Below are positions 41,860 to 55,854 of a stretch of DNA of 64,000 nucleotides, piece after piece; position 1 is the first letter of the stretch, and each line of letters begins with the position of its first letter. The notes beneath the pieces were generated by a model, which worked only from the letters and a program-made list of their open reading frames with translations, was not told the origin of the DNA and ran no database searches. A program made the position numbers and the translations under genes. The stretch lies in the NCBI RefSeq assembly GCF_009914755.1, contig NC_060936.1; one strand, 5' to 3'. The DNA is from the human T2T-CHM13v2.0 reference genome, Homo sapiens.

Positions 41860-42950
41860 GATTATCTCCTGAGATGTGTAGAAATGAACTCTTGTCAGAG
41901 TTTCAAAGGAATTAACGTTTTTTGGTAAAATGTGCTAATGTAAAGAGTGAGAAGATTAGTGATACATAATGAAAGCAATGCATTCTTTCACATGGAAATG
42001 GGAATATAATAAATGTCCTGCAGGTGATTGGGGCTGTAGCAATTTTATTGAAGATTAAAGTTTGATTGACCTTTGTTAGGGTGATTAACCCTTCTGAAAT
42101 TAAAAGCCAGAGCTGAATTATTCTGCTCAATTTAAATGCAAACATCGAGCAGGTCGTATGTCATTCAAATAATAATAAGAAGAAAATCTTCCTATTTTAA
42201 TTTTCATTTTTGCACTTCTGAGTGGTATGCTGCTTTAGAAGGACCATAGCTCTCGCAAAAGCATTCTGGTGGCAGAGAATATACAATAACGTTACAGATA
42301 ATTGGGAGCATATAGGAAGAGTCCCAAGCACTACTGCCTGCATTCGAAACATCAAAACCACCATCCCAACAAAAGCACGGAGCATGAAGCCAATCTCTGT
42401 ACACTGAAAATGCATGCTCCCAATAGAAAAACAACCTAGGGATGTCCTGAAGGGGTTAGGAATAAATAACAATGACATCTCTATTCTAGTTCAGTGCCAA
42501 CCACCGAAATTGCATATCATATCCATGTTAAATCTACATGATGTCTCCTGGAAATGCGTGCTTTTTGGTACAGTTGCTTATGAAGCAGTTTCTAAAAGTT
42601 GATTATTTCTGATGTCTGGAATTTCATTCTCCATGATCTCTGGCAGTTTCTGAATATATTCAGTATTTTCATTAAGTTCAAAAATGCTGTAGGAGAAGCT
42701 AACGAATTATTTGCAATGCCATTTAATGGTTTAGTTTTATTTTTCTCTGTTAAATTTTCTAAGCCTTGGTGAAAAGTTGTGTATTCACATTTCTTCAAAA
42801 AACTGTTTCCATTTTTCATATCATGTTAATTTTGTTTAGTTCTAAGTCAGTGAATATTTTTAGTCTTAGGTCCCACCACATAGTGAATGTGTCTGCCTTT
42901 TATGTATCTGTGAACTATTAAAATGATAATAAAGGTTCTCTTCCTTCCAT
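41860..42950 (+). ncRNA. RMST: RMST 3'-terminal exon region of the short isoform (may contain internal splice sites)
   Basis: T24 then aaacag|G acceptor at 41859/41860; no recognisable repeats; ends at a poly(A) signal. Possible internal donor CAG|GTGATT at 42023/42024. Confidence 0.6.
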
Positions 42951-42972
42951 ATGTAATTTATTTCTCTTTTTT
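42903..42972 (+). terminator. Cleavage/polyadenylation site
   Basis: TGTA at 42903, ATTAAA at 42917-42922, AATAAA at 42928-42933, CA at 42948-42949, then a downstream U-rich element tttatttctcttttttc. Confidence 0.7.
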
Positions 42973-45900
42973 CATCAAAGAATTCACTCTGAATCTGTCA
43001 AGGTAGAAAAGTCCAAGGCATTATAGTGTAAAAATTAAGAAGCCTGAGGTGCTATAGTTTATTTTTGCACAAGCTTTTCATGTATTCTTTTAACATCCTT
43101 CTGAAAGGTAGGCTTCTACTCCAAGCCTGTGAAGAAAGTCAAAGATGAAAAACTTGTGATAGAGTGACTGAGCTTATTCAGCTGGCAAAGTCACTCTGGC
43201 ATCCTCCAGAGAGTTGGATAATACCTTGAAGCATAGATTAATAATATGTTTAACTAAGATCTGTTTGCTGTAAGGATAATTTCCTAATTCTTAATTGTGG
43301 GACAAGTGTTCAACCATAAATTGTAAACAAATACGTTGTTCTGTACCTTGTCTGATAAAGTGTAGATTATCAGCTTTAGCTTCAGTACATTGAGTTGTCA
43401 AACTTTAAAAAATTCAGTTGTTTCATGATACTTGTTTTCTTATCAAAGATAATTTTAACTAAAAGATAAACATGACCACTAACTTATATCTCTAAAGTAA
43501 GCAATATTAATTCTTTGGACATAATTTAATTATCTTCTCTAATTTAGATTAATCTTATTTTACCTCTTAACAGAACTAAATGAAAATAATCTTCAGTATT
43601 AAAATTGGTTATAAATACAACATTCTCTAAAGCACAAAAAGCTAATGTGCTGAACTACTGATAACATCCTTCTCTACATTGTCATTAATTATTAGCAGTC
43701 TTTTTATTAGAGAAAATCATGGGTTTGGAAGGTGAAATTCATATTGTCTCAGTGTAGAAAAAAGTGTTGGTGAAAGAGCAAAGGAAAATAAGATTATACT
43801 TTGCTAAATCCCAGATCCAATAATTTATTTTGCTTCAGTGTGCTTCGAAGACATTTTATTTCTTTATGTTGCCTTTGTTTTCTATCAATCGGTTTCCACC
43901 TAATCCACCCAGTCCCAGCCCTGACATTTTCTCTTATAGCTGTGAAATAACATTCTTTGCTATGAATAAGCCAAGATTAATCCATTTGATATTTTATAGA
44001 CTGCATATTTTAGCTGGAGCGTTTCTGTTTAAAAAGCAGACTGTTTTAAAAAGTGACCAATGGTGTTGTTTTATTTGTTGTGCATTGTTTATGAGTCAGC
44101 AATTTAATTTAATTTTACAGAAATTTAGAGTAGATGTACTATAAGCGATTTTATTCTTCTGGACTAAGGAGAGATAGCAAGTGGCAGACTCAAGGATTTT
44201 CTAGGTTTTTTTAAAAAAATTATTCATAGTAAAAAAGTAGTCACATGAATTTTTCAAGATTATCCTCTTTAACAGACAATAATTCTAAAATAAAATTATT
44301 TGTTTAATAATGGTCAGTGGAATTACTTCTTGTAATTTGTTTAATAAAATCATAAAAAATGCTCTAGAAACAATAAGTGTCCCAATGTTAACTTTCCAAC
44401 TTAATTGGGAAGATTAGTTTTCTAGGACTAGTTTTCAAGTGAGTTGGAAGGTGACCTAATATAGCGTAGTGGTCTGTGGCCTATTTGATACAATTTACGC
44501 TATTCGTATTAAAATTATCATACTATCTCTGTGTATTACTTTGGAATCAGAGAACTTCATAAAAAGATACTTTTAACTCAAATGCCTTCAGCATTAGCAT
44601 TTCTGGAGCCATCATTGACTAACCTTTATTCAGTTTCAACAAGCCTTTATTAAGCACCTACTATGTTTCAGGTACTCCCCCCAATCCAGTGAGGTGAGCC
44701 TATGAGCCATGTTGTATAAACAAGAAACTCACACTCAGATTGGCAAAGGTTTTACCTGAAGTCAGATAGCTAGTCAGTGGCACAGCCTGGTTTAGGAGCT
44801 GGTGAAGCCTTTCCTTCACCAAAGCTGTCTTTGGGATAATCATAGCATTCCACTTTGCTAAAACTTGGAGACTATGAGAACAGGATTCTTGCAAGATGAA
44901 TTTAAACCATTTCCACAGAAAAAGGAATTTACTAAAACTCAGGAACTACGATGAGGTAATTAATTCTGTACTGATTCACTCTAGAGGAAGTATGAGAAGA
45001 GGGAGTTTAGAGTGCTTTGAGTAATACACTGGGTCACCCATGCAATGAACATTACTCAGTGGGCTTATTTCATAGACAGAAGACATTTTCCTCCCCAAAT
45101 ATTAATAGTTTAGTTCATTGAAAACCAATCATTAGGCTTTTTAAAAAATTGTCTTTAAAATGCTTGTGTTTACCTATCTTTCTTTTAAAATTCATAAATA
45201 ATTATGTTTAACAGAATTTTAAAGTCAGAGGCATCTGTCCTACCTCATATGGTTTCTTTGGTGTGAGCAGTTTGACAACCTGTTGATAAATGTGTCTCTG
45301 TATTTTATAATTCCTGCTCTTGAAACTGAGTATAAGTCTGTTAGATGTCTATGCTGTCAGGAATTGCCCAATTGTTTATGACAAATGCATTTAAAGGAAT
45401 ATGTGGAAAAAATATTTTTGATAAATATCAAAAAATAAATATAGAAGTACAGTATTGCTGCAATGTGAGGAAAAAACATGCAAAATAATTGAAAAAAAAA
45501 CTTTTTTTCTCCTTTTCTTATGAGAATAAAAGAATTAACTTGAGTTATGCAAAAAGTAAACTTCTGCAAAATTAGACCAGGTGGTTCCAAAAATTTGGGA
45601 TTGACAGATTCATTTTCACTTGGTGATTTCATCAACCTTCTCATTGTTGTCTCTTTTGGTTTGTAAACTCTCTGAAGTTGACACAGAGAAGTGTGGTCAG
45701 TCTAAATCCATCTCTATATTTATCTGCAGGGCCTAGAAGAGATGCTGATATGTGGTAGAGAGTGAGGAAGTGTTTGTCAACTTGTACTGAAAGTGACTAT
45801 TACCATTAAGATAAAAGTAGGGACACTGAGCCCAGTACTTCATTATAAAGGCCTGGTGTTTACACTAAGAAATAAACCTAAGCTTCAAAGTCTGAAGGAG

Positions 45901-48900
45901 GAAAAAGAAGTAGAAATTTGTGAGTGTGTATATTATACACAAATAATCTCCATCCTAGATTATTCTTATATCTACTTCAGATGCTTTTTAAAATGATCCA
46001 GGTTTCTTTACTTTAGCTTTAACTTATGCCCATAAATCTCCCCTTAGCCAGAACTTGTTGGTCACTAGTTAGCCACTTATTACTTCACAACAATGAAACT
46101 AGTTTTTCTGAACCGATTAAAATATTTAATCAAAATGATCAGTTTGGTTTATGTTTGGAGAGAGAGAGAGGAAAAACAACTTAGAGTCTTCATTTTGAAA
46201 ATGAATGAAAAAGCAACTAAAGGGCATTGTGTAGAATCAGAGAAGTTGAAGAATATTTGCAGGAAAATAAATTGCTATTGTGATTCTAATTACAAATGAA
46301 AGTGTTTTGTAGCAGAGAAAATTAAAGTGTGTAATAAAATGACACATACTGAGAGAATCTTCCCTAAGAGATGCTAGACAAGATGGAAGATCAAGTTTGA
46401 CCAAAATCCTTTCTAATTATATAAATACTTTAGAATTCATTAACCATTTGAGTCCTGCTTGATGATTAAACCCTTAGGCAGATGTGAATCAACTTTACTA
46501 TGTGGAAACATTGAGGAAAACATTTATAAAAAATATGATCCAATTTCTGAAAATACAGGCCAATTAAAGACTGAGATTTAATTTAGGAATTTTACTCTGT
46601 CTGCATGATGTATATATTAATGATGATTTCTCTTGTCTCATTCTTTATCTTCACGAGCAAAAGGAGATTTTTACTCATTGACATATTATTGAAGAATCTC
46701 GCTTTTTTGCAAAATTACACATTTTTTTGCATAAATGTGCCTAATTACCTGAATTCAGTTTTGATTAGCAGTGTTAATTGATGCAGCTGTGGATGGTATC
46801 TGTTTACCCAAATTACCATGTGCAAACAGCAATATGTCTGGAAGCGCATATGCTAAACTGAAAATACTAATTAGGTGAGACAGATTGTTATTCAAGTCAC
46901 ATCATGGAGCTTTCTAATGAGAGCCTGGATGTGTCAGGGTTTCATGATATTCAGACAGAAATGTCTATATTACATATGATTTCTAAATTTAATTCATAAG
47001 AACAGATGGGATGTCAGCCAGGGTTCTTCTGCCTTATTCTGGTATTAATGTGAATATTTTACTCAACTGGAGATATATTCATGTGTTTTTTTGTGGGAAA
47101 CTCATTATGTGCTTTGACAATATGCCAGCCCTGTACATCCAGACACATCTATTTCTTGATCAATATATTTGAAGATTATATCCACCTACCATCCCAAAGA
47201 TGAAGATGGATAAGCCACCTTGCAAGCTTAATCACATCAGCTGGTTAATTTAATCAAATCAAATAATAGAAAGGTTAGTTAAACAGGCAGCTTAACTGAG
47301 TAATATTTTATGGATGTTTTCCTTTTGCACCCCCCAAAAATAATAATAAAGGTTTGATCCTAGGATTGTTAAGAATCAGTGAGCAATTCACAGGACTGAA
47401 AGGTGAATTCTCATTGCCTTCAGGTTGTTTTGAATCTTTAATCATTTAAAAATGGATAGCAAAACAGTGCTTATTTTCTAGTGCCCGGTTTTAAAGTGTT
47501 AACAGCCTTTTTTGTCTTTGGTTTCCATTACCTTTGTCCTAATGCATGACCTGCTTTGCTTAAGGTTTTTCTTGAAAGAAAGCGTTAATCTTTACTTTCT
47601 GCTGTGGCACTCAGAACTCATTAATGGCAGTGTAAGTTAGAGGTATCTGAAGCTTAGAGTACAAATCCTGCACATCAGGTAGTGAAGAAATAATGGACCC
47701 ATCTTTCCTTTCCCAAGAGGCTAAATAACTGTGCTTAATGCATAATAAGTCTCCTCTTCCCAAAGCCTGTGAAAATAAGGCCTCTTTACTCAACCTTAAG
47801 AGTTTAAGATCCCTATTAGATATTTTAAGATGCCACGAGCTAAATGGGGGTGATTTTCATGATGCAAATTTGAACATAATTATAGTTTGGCACATTTAAT
47901 TTAGGTTTAAGTGAGAATCATAATTACCAAAAATTGAATTATTTCAATTATGCTAATTTCTATCCCCAAAGTTTTGTGTAATTTGGGTTCACTAAAACAG
48001 GTTTAGATCCTGCAGAATTACAATGGAGTCTCATACTAAAAATAAAAAATTTGTGAAAATGATTCACAAATGATTCACAGCTAGTTACATCTTAGGTACA
48101 GAAATGTTGACATACTGTTAACTGGCCCAGGAAAACCGGAGGGGCTGGGAATGGCTTAAATCAAAAATAGAAAAATGGGCATTATGAGTTAACTGTTTGG
48201 GCCATTTGATTGCCATTTTCTACATCAATACTAATTTTAACATATTATTGCTATTTGCTGTCTAATCAATGAAGCTAATTTCAGTATTTTAAAAATAAAA
48301 TTTGTGTGCATTACAGTTATGATTAATAGTACACTGTCAGAAAAAAGAATACTGTAGTCACCTTCAGAATTATCTTGCCTTTGATTATCACTTAAAAGCA
48401 TTAGGCCTTTCAAAGGTGCTTAATGTAAAATTCCTTAATTCTTGGAGATGAAGAATTGGAAAGTTTCATTTCCCTGTGGCTGAAGGTAGCTTGCTTGGAA
48501 AATACTCCATGGACAGTGCAAGAGAGTTCTTTGTTACAGAACCAAAGTGTATGTGTATGTAACTGTGTGTGCACATACATTCATAAAATCGCCTAACCAT
48601 TGAATTCAGACACTAGATTTGGCCAACCAGTTTGATTTGTCAGGTATGTTTATTTCTGAGTTCACTAAGGCAACTGCTAAATAAACCCAAGTCTGCTTTT
48701 ACAGCACAGACAAAGGAAGAAAATTCCTTCCTAAAAGTACAGCAATCTATTCTAAACAAAACGATGCCTGGGCACTTTTTGCTATCATGAGATTATCTAA
48801 ATATTTTAGTAAAGTTTTGTTTTGTTTTAACCTTCATGTGGAGATGCGAACGTGTTTTGTGTAAGACTCTTGACACACATGAGCATTTCTACATTTTAAC

Positions 48901-49744
48901 TTTAAAATGGGAAAACAGGTCAGTGATGTCAAATCGGAACCAGGGTTATGAAATTTTATCAGACATTTCAATGAATTGTCTTTAGGCAAATCACCCAACC
49001 TCAGTGTGCAAATTAGTTAATTTTAAGAATAAATATAGCTATCTTTCTGACTTATTAAGGATTTATCATTTGTGCCCAAGGTTCAACAGATCTGTAAATG
49101 AAGTGTGTGAATCTTGTCTTTGAACTCTAATTGGCATGTGAGGGAGGCAGGTCTGACTGAGTTAAAGGCTGAAGGACTTAATCCTTTGAAGAAATTTTGA
49201 TTTAGTTTTATTACCTCTAAGTATTGCTAATGTATTCTAAAATTAATTTGACTCTGACTGCTTGGCGTATCCTGATTTCCTTTCCAAAGGATAGATTGTA
49301 GGCGCATTGAGGGAAATCTATTTCTTTGTTAACCTTCTGTCTAACCACAGTCACAGCTTTACCACTGAGTAGTGTTGTAGTGGTGTGCACACAGTAGGGA
49401 CACTTGAAGTCTAAGAGAGTGAACAGTGGTTACCATGAATAAAAACTATGACCATTAACTCCATTTGTAACTGTCAATCACCTATATTTCACGATCAGTG
49501 TGTTACCTGGCCCAGGGGCCATAAGCCCCTGAAGACATTTTAAAAAATTTAAAGCTCCTGTTTTTGAAAAAGATGTATATTTTTGGTTGGTTTATTGTCT
49601 GACCGAAGGAACTCTATAACATTTCACAAAGAATGGAATTCATTTGAACTTGTTCCCTGAAAAGTATAGCACATGGATTAATACACACTTGGATTAATGC
49701 AAATTTCAGACAAATGGGACTTGAATTGCTAAGCAAAGCTTGTA

Positions 49745-49965
49745 GACGGGCAGACCTAAATTCAAATTTTGCCTTTGTCATTTGCTAGCAATGTGACTAG
49801 GAGGCATTTTCCTAGATCTTTTGGGCCCTAGTTTACCCATTTGGAAAGAAAAGAAAATAATACCTATTTATAGTGGTGTTGTGAATGAACTATATAATGT
49901 ATATAAATGCCTTAACCCAATGCCTAACGTCAAGTTTATACTCAGTAAATAATAACTATAATTAC
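49745..49965 (+). mobile_element. MIR, near full length
   Basis: gcagacctaaattcaaat...tagcaatgtgact...tagtttacccatttggaaa...ataatacctattt...ttgtgaatgaa...ctcagtaaat. Confidence 0.75.
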
Positions 49966-50092
49966 TGCATAAAGTACAGTAGCTCTGTGTTAGAAACCAA
50001 CAGAGGCAATTAGAGAAGGTTTTAAAATCTGGCACTCATTAATTTACTTAAACTTCTAAGCAGTAAAATTTCCAATCACTGTGAGTGTATCC

Positions 50093-50171
50093 ATAGATTA
50101 GATAGATAAATAGATAGAGAGATAGATAGATATAGATATAGATATAGATATAGATATAGATATAGATAGAT
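50093..50171. repeat. (TAGA)n/(TAGATA)n compound microsatellite, followed by (TA)n at about 50196-50213
   Basis: tagattagatagataaatagatagagagatagatagatatagatatagatatag... Confidence 0.95.
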
Positions 50172-51267
50172 ACACAAGTCCTTTTTGTCCCAGGTGTATA
50201 TATATATATATATGTGTGTTTTGTACACATATATCATTTATGTAAGGACAAAATTAAATATCTGGCTTACTGGAAGTATATAGTACATACACTTCTGGCT
50301 TTCTTATTTTCTAACAATTTCTAACAGTTATACAACACTTCATAGCTCAAAAATAACTCTATACACATTACCATATTTGATTTTCACAGCAGCAAGACAA
50401 GACAAGTAATATTGCATTCATTTTCTATAAAGTACACGGAGATGTTAAGTGATTTACCTGGTATTACTTCAGTGAAAACAGGAAAGATGAAGGTAGGAGA
50501 ATATACTTGGAATCCTTTTCCGGACTGTTTGGAAAAACAAGGTAATAATACTGTTTTTCCACGGAATATTGGCAAACAAAAATGTCTTAAGTGAATAATA
50601 CTACATTTAACTATAGGGCACAGAAATGAGTATATTAAGAAATCCAGGTTTCAAAAGGTGGATAGAATTAGTTTCTCCTCGGTAAACATTTATTAAGATA
50701 CCCTGACTCACTGCCTTCCTTCAACAGTTAAACATTCTCATTTCCACTCTTATTAATAGGGCTTGTATGAAAATGGAGTGGGCGAGTTAGAAAAGCTGGA
50801 ACCAGGAACTTAGATCTCCCTCAGGCTCAGACAAAAGCTCAGAGATCTAAATATGGTAAAATGTCTAGAGATTTCTTAAGAAATTAGCACATGGAGGCAG
50901 ATTTAAAAAAAAAGAAAAAGAAAAAGAAAAAGAAGATTCTTCCTTTCCTTTTTATAAGTTTTATATAGGAAACAGAAAATGACCCAAGGAAGCCATTGGA
51001 TTAAAGTATTTTACTGATTTAACAATTATCTTAAAAATACCTTCTGTATGTCAGCTATTGAAAAGGCACTATAGGAACATAAAACGTGCAAGGCACAATG
51101 TCTTCCAGGATCCTAAATAACTATCCTTATTATTATAATAATTACTATATGCTTATTGCAACAATGATATCATTAACAGATAAATTATTTGTCTTTTAAA
51201 TTCTGTGGATATTAAGAAACACATTCATTCATGTATTCCTTCAACAAGCATTTATTCCTTTTTGCAC

Positions 51268-51480
51268 TGGGTAGTGGAATATGAAAGTGGGCTTGGAAGT
51301 CAGGTAGCCTGAGTTTAGATCCTTGGTTCTCCACTAATTAGAGGTGGGGACAATTATATGAATGTTAGCTTCCATGTCTATAAAATTGAGTTGATCATAA
51401 GATTGATATGAGAATTATGATTTGCAAGGTACTGCCCCTTGTGCATGGCATACACAAGAACTACTCTATTATCATTATTA
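51268..51480 (+). mobile_element. MIR fragment
   Basis: gtagtggaa...ggaagtcaggtagcctgagtttagatccttggttctccactaatta...ccatgtctataaaattgag. Confidence 0.65.
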
Positions 51481-54400
51481 TGCTTCTCCACTCAAGGGAT
51501 ATACAAGTAGTTGGGGAGTGAAATAAACACACCTGAAGCAACTAGATAATTTTAATATGGCATGGAAATCATTGTAATCTCACTTGGCCTGGACTCTACA
51601 GGTGCTGATGAATTTAGAAACAGGAAAGGACTTCTCGAAAAAGAGAAAATAATACCAAAAATGTTTTCTGTACAGTGTGGTGTCTAGATCTAGCCATGTC
51701 TTTGTTCAATATATGCAGCCTGATGAACACCTCCACTGTTAATTTAGAAACCTACAACATCTGTGCAATTTAAATAGGACCAGAGCCCAAACCCCAAAAC
51801 ACATAGAATATGATTTCCTATTCAGTGTGGTTGAATAGGACCACATCCATCTCTGGGGCTTTGATTCATGAACTACACGGCCCTAATTGACATGGGGTTG
51901 TTGCCTTTTCAGATAGCACGCATGGCAGAGTTTCGGTGTATTTGGACTTGTTCAGGGTTCTTACATCCAGAAAGTCCAAATTAGATTTTTGTCATTAGCT
52001 TGTCAAGCTTCTCTTAAGTCCACTTAATGAGGTCTGCAGTGGAATGTCTTTTATGTTCTGTGGCCTTTATGCTTAGTCTCAGCTACTCTCGACTGTGGCT
52101 GAGAAGTTAATGAAGTTACCACAGTGTTCACTTGAGGTCTGCTGCTTTTGAAAACACACCTCGTATGTGTTTGGGTATTTAAATTCTGTTTTCTAGCTTT
52201 TAGGGTTTATATCCTCGTGGTGCATTCAAGTGCTATGGAAATAAGACCAGATGGATGTGACAACCAGCCATTCGGGAAATTACATACACATTACATTTTA
52301 AAAAACCAGTGTACATATGTCTATCTGGATGTGCTCATATGCTGGATTATTTTTGTTGCATCCAAATGGTTGGGATTTCAGTGAAGCAGTTACTTAGAAT
52401 GTCAGCACGAGCATTCCTTCCAGGAGGAAAGCAGGGCCCGCACCAAGCCTTTTTGTCAAAAACAGTCGAATGTGGGGACAGAGTAAAGGCCATTCTGCAT
52501 TTCTCTACCTCCTTTTAGTTTTTTCCACAGTTCTCATCACTGCAAGACTTTATACCATAGAGTTGTTGGTTGTCTATCATCCCTCTAGAAAGTAAATGCT
52601 ATAAGGACTGGCGATTTTTCTGCCCTGTTTAATACTTTAGTGTTTGGCACATAATGAGCGCTCTATATATGATAATGAATACATTCACAATCACTGGGAT
52701 AATGAAATCATATTTAATTCCCTTCCCTTTGTGCTGAAGCTGGCATAATATGGAGGTTTTCTTTTGTCTCTTAAATGATGTGCGTATGACTATGAATAAT
52801 GCTCCTGCTGCTGTCTAACATTTATATAATGTTTACTATATGCCAGACACTGTTCTCAGTACTTTACATCTAATTCTGACAAACCTTTGAGGTGGGGGCT
52901 GCTATTCTCCCTTTTTTATGAATGGAAAATGGAAGCACAAATCCTACCTGAAAGAGCCAGGATTCAAACTCACCGGTATGATCTTCTACATCTCATGTTG
53001 TTAAAATGTGGCTTCTGGGGTTTGAAAATAAGTCATCTCAGGAATGTATCCATCATTTTGGTAAGCAAAGAAAGCTATCCTATAGCCATGATCTCTTAGT
53101 TTTGTGCTATTCTTAAATATGCAATTCAGTTTAGCCCAGTGGTGCAAAGATAATTATTCCCATTTTACTCTAAGAAGTAGGAATCTGTAGAGGCATTCAC
53201 TTTTCCTATTTTGTATTATATCTCTTCAGTGATTTGCCTACCTCCTTGCCCTTCTATCAAAAAGAAAGAAGAGGAGACTAGAAGACTAATGCTATAAATA
53301 AACACTCCAGGTTTTGATGCTAGTTAGAATATTGCATTAACAAGCCCAAAGCATATTGTCAAACTAAATGGAAAAATTGGTATTGGGGGTTTTATCTTGG
53401 CTTACTCATGGTTACTCAAGTTCATTCTTACTAAAACGTATTGTGATGGAATAATCAGATTTAGATTTGAAGTTAAGACATATTATATAACTTTTAGTAA
53501 CAATTGTGCCTGCCCAGTTGGGTTTGGTTAGCCTGATAGTAAAAATTAGTTTGTAATCCTCAGCAGAGAACCCACATGATAGTGTAGGCTTTGTCTTAGG
53601 TTAGTGCCAGAATTGTAAATTCCTTAAAAACTGGTGAAAATCAACTCTAGACACATAGGTAATCAGAGAGTGGACAGTACGTTCAATGTAATGGCTAAGT
53701 CTTCAGAAGAATGGCACAATTTTCAGGGGTGTATTTGTGTACTGGGGGAATCGAGTTCCATAGCCAGAGATGGTACCATACCTTCGCTAGAATTGTAAAT
53801 TATGTTCATTACCTATCAATTTCCTTGAAACCTTTCCTATTGTCCTGCCACACAGCAATATTATTTTATCAACTAATTTCTCTGCAATCTACTCCAATCA
53901 GTCCAGATGGTCAAATCAATTTTCTTGTATCTCTTTTTCTCCTGAATTAATCAGTCCAATGAAATCCCATTAAAAAGTCACATGACTTTTTGGAGGTTTA
54001 TATAATCCTGTTGATTCCTGCTATATAATATGTATTTGTTACCTAATATGATAGAATATCAATTTCTGCCCCCACTAACAGAATAAGATGATTCATGCAA
54101 AATGCTTAGCAGTACTAAGTACAGGGTAAAAAATTCCAATAAATGACATCTATTAATAGGCATCTATTATTTGTAAACATATTCAATACGTTGGAAGAGA
54201 ACTAAAGAGAATCATTTTTCACAAGACCTTTTGGATGTGCCCATGGTTTTTCCCATTCTGGGTCAGAGCAACAAAATCACATTTACATTATATTACACTC
54301 TTGCACTTCAGGCTCTCTCTAGTCAATTTCCTCATATTTTTCCTTTCATATACTGCATTATGAAGGCAACTGGTACTCAACTAGCAACAATCATCATCAC

Positions 54401-55470
54401 CATCATCATCACCATGATAACTATATCTCCCCAAAATAGTACCAACATTTATGGAGTAGTTTATAATGCACCTTTACATATGTTTTCTTCTTTCCACAGT
54501 CCGCAGTGGTTGACATTGCGAGTATAGAGGGAACATCATGGAGCTGGTGAGGGACAGATCTAAGATTAAGAGTCTGACTCTTAGATGTCCTTCACAATGA
54601 TAAATAAGAGATTTGTGGGATTATTAATGCTGTGGATAATTTTGAATACACCCTGCAGACATGTCCCACCCTCAGAGAACAATTTTTTTAAAACTAATCA
54701 GTCATTGAGCTTGACCTTAAGGAATGTGAATATTCTCTCCTGTATCTCTTCTTCTATCACCTTCAGTTAGCATCTTTGGAAAGCACTCTCAGTTTTTGGC
54801 TTCCAGTTACTCCCAAGCTTTTCTAGCAAGTAGAAATGCAAACAGATAATTAGGGGATAGGGCTAGGGATATTTGCGTTTTCATTAGGACTATAAAATTT
54901 CAAGGGCAGAAATATGGCAGGTTATGGGATTGGATGAGGAAAAAATCCTAGGGATGAGCAAGTTCTAGTCTTATTTCTAACACTGCAGGTTACCTATGAC
55001 TCCACGTAAATATGTCTAACAGCTTTAGAATGGAAGAAGAGATGGATAGGGCACACTTTTTACAAATTACTTGTGTCACTGGATGGGATGAGAAATGGGA
55101 ATATGCCAGTTTCTTATGTAAACAACAGTTCATCAAGTGACATAAACACTTCAGATAACAGGAAGGATTTACCTGCTGGTGCAATTTTGAGTGTTTAGTC
55201 ACCATTGGCACAAAAAGAAAGTAGGAACTGTTAAGAGGATGACTTAAGTAGAGCTGAAGGAGATACGCCTCAATCATTATTACCATCAACTATTGTTATT
55301 TTTTTATGGTATATCCTAAATTTGGTAATTTGGTTGTCATTATCCTTGAAGGGCTTTTATCTGAGGTGCATTGCTATTTTTGAGGACTTTTAATTTTTCC
55401 CTGTCACTGACAATATTTGAAAAATACTGCTTTTTTATGGAGAGATCTAATCTTTCACATCTATGTTTTA

Positions 55471-55788
<318 letters not shown>

Positions 55789-55854
55789 TCAAGGAAATGT
55801 TGATGCCAAAGTAAATTTTGTGACTATTTTATGGTAGTGGAAGGTGAAAAAAAA

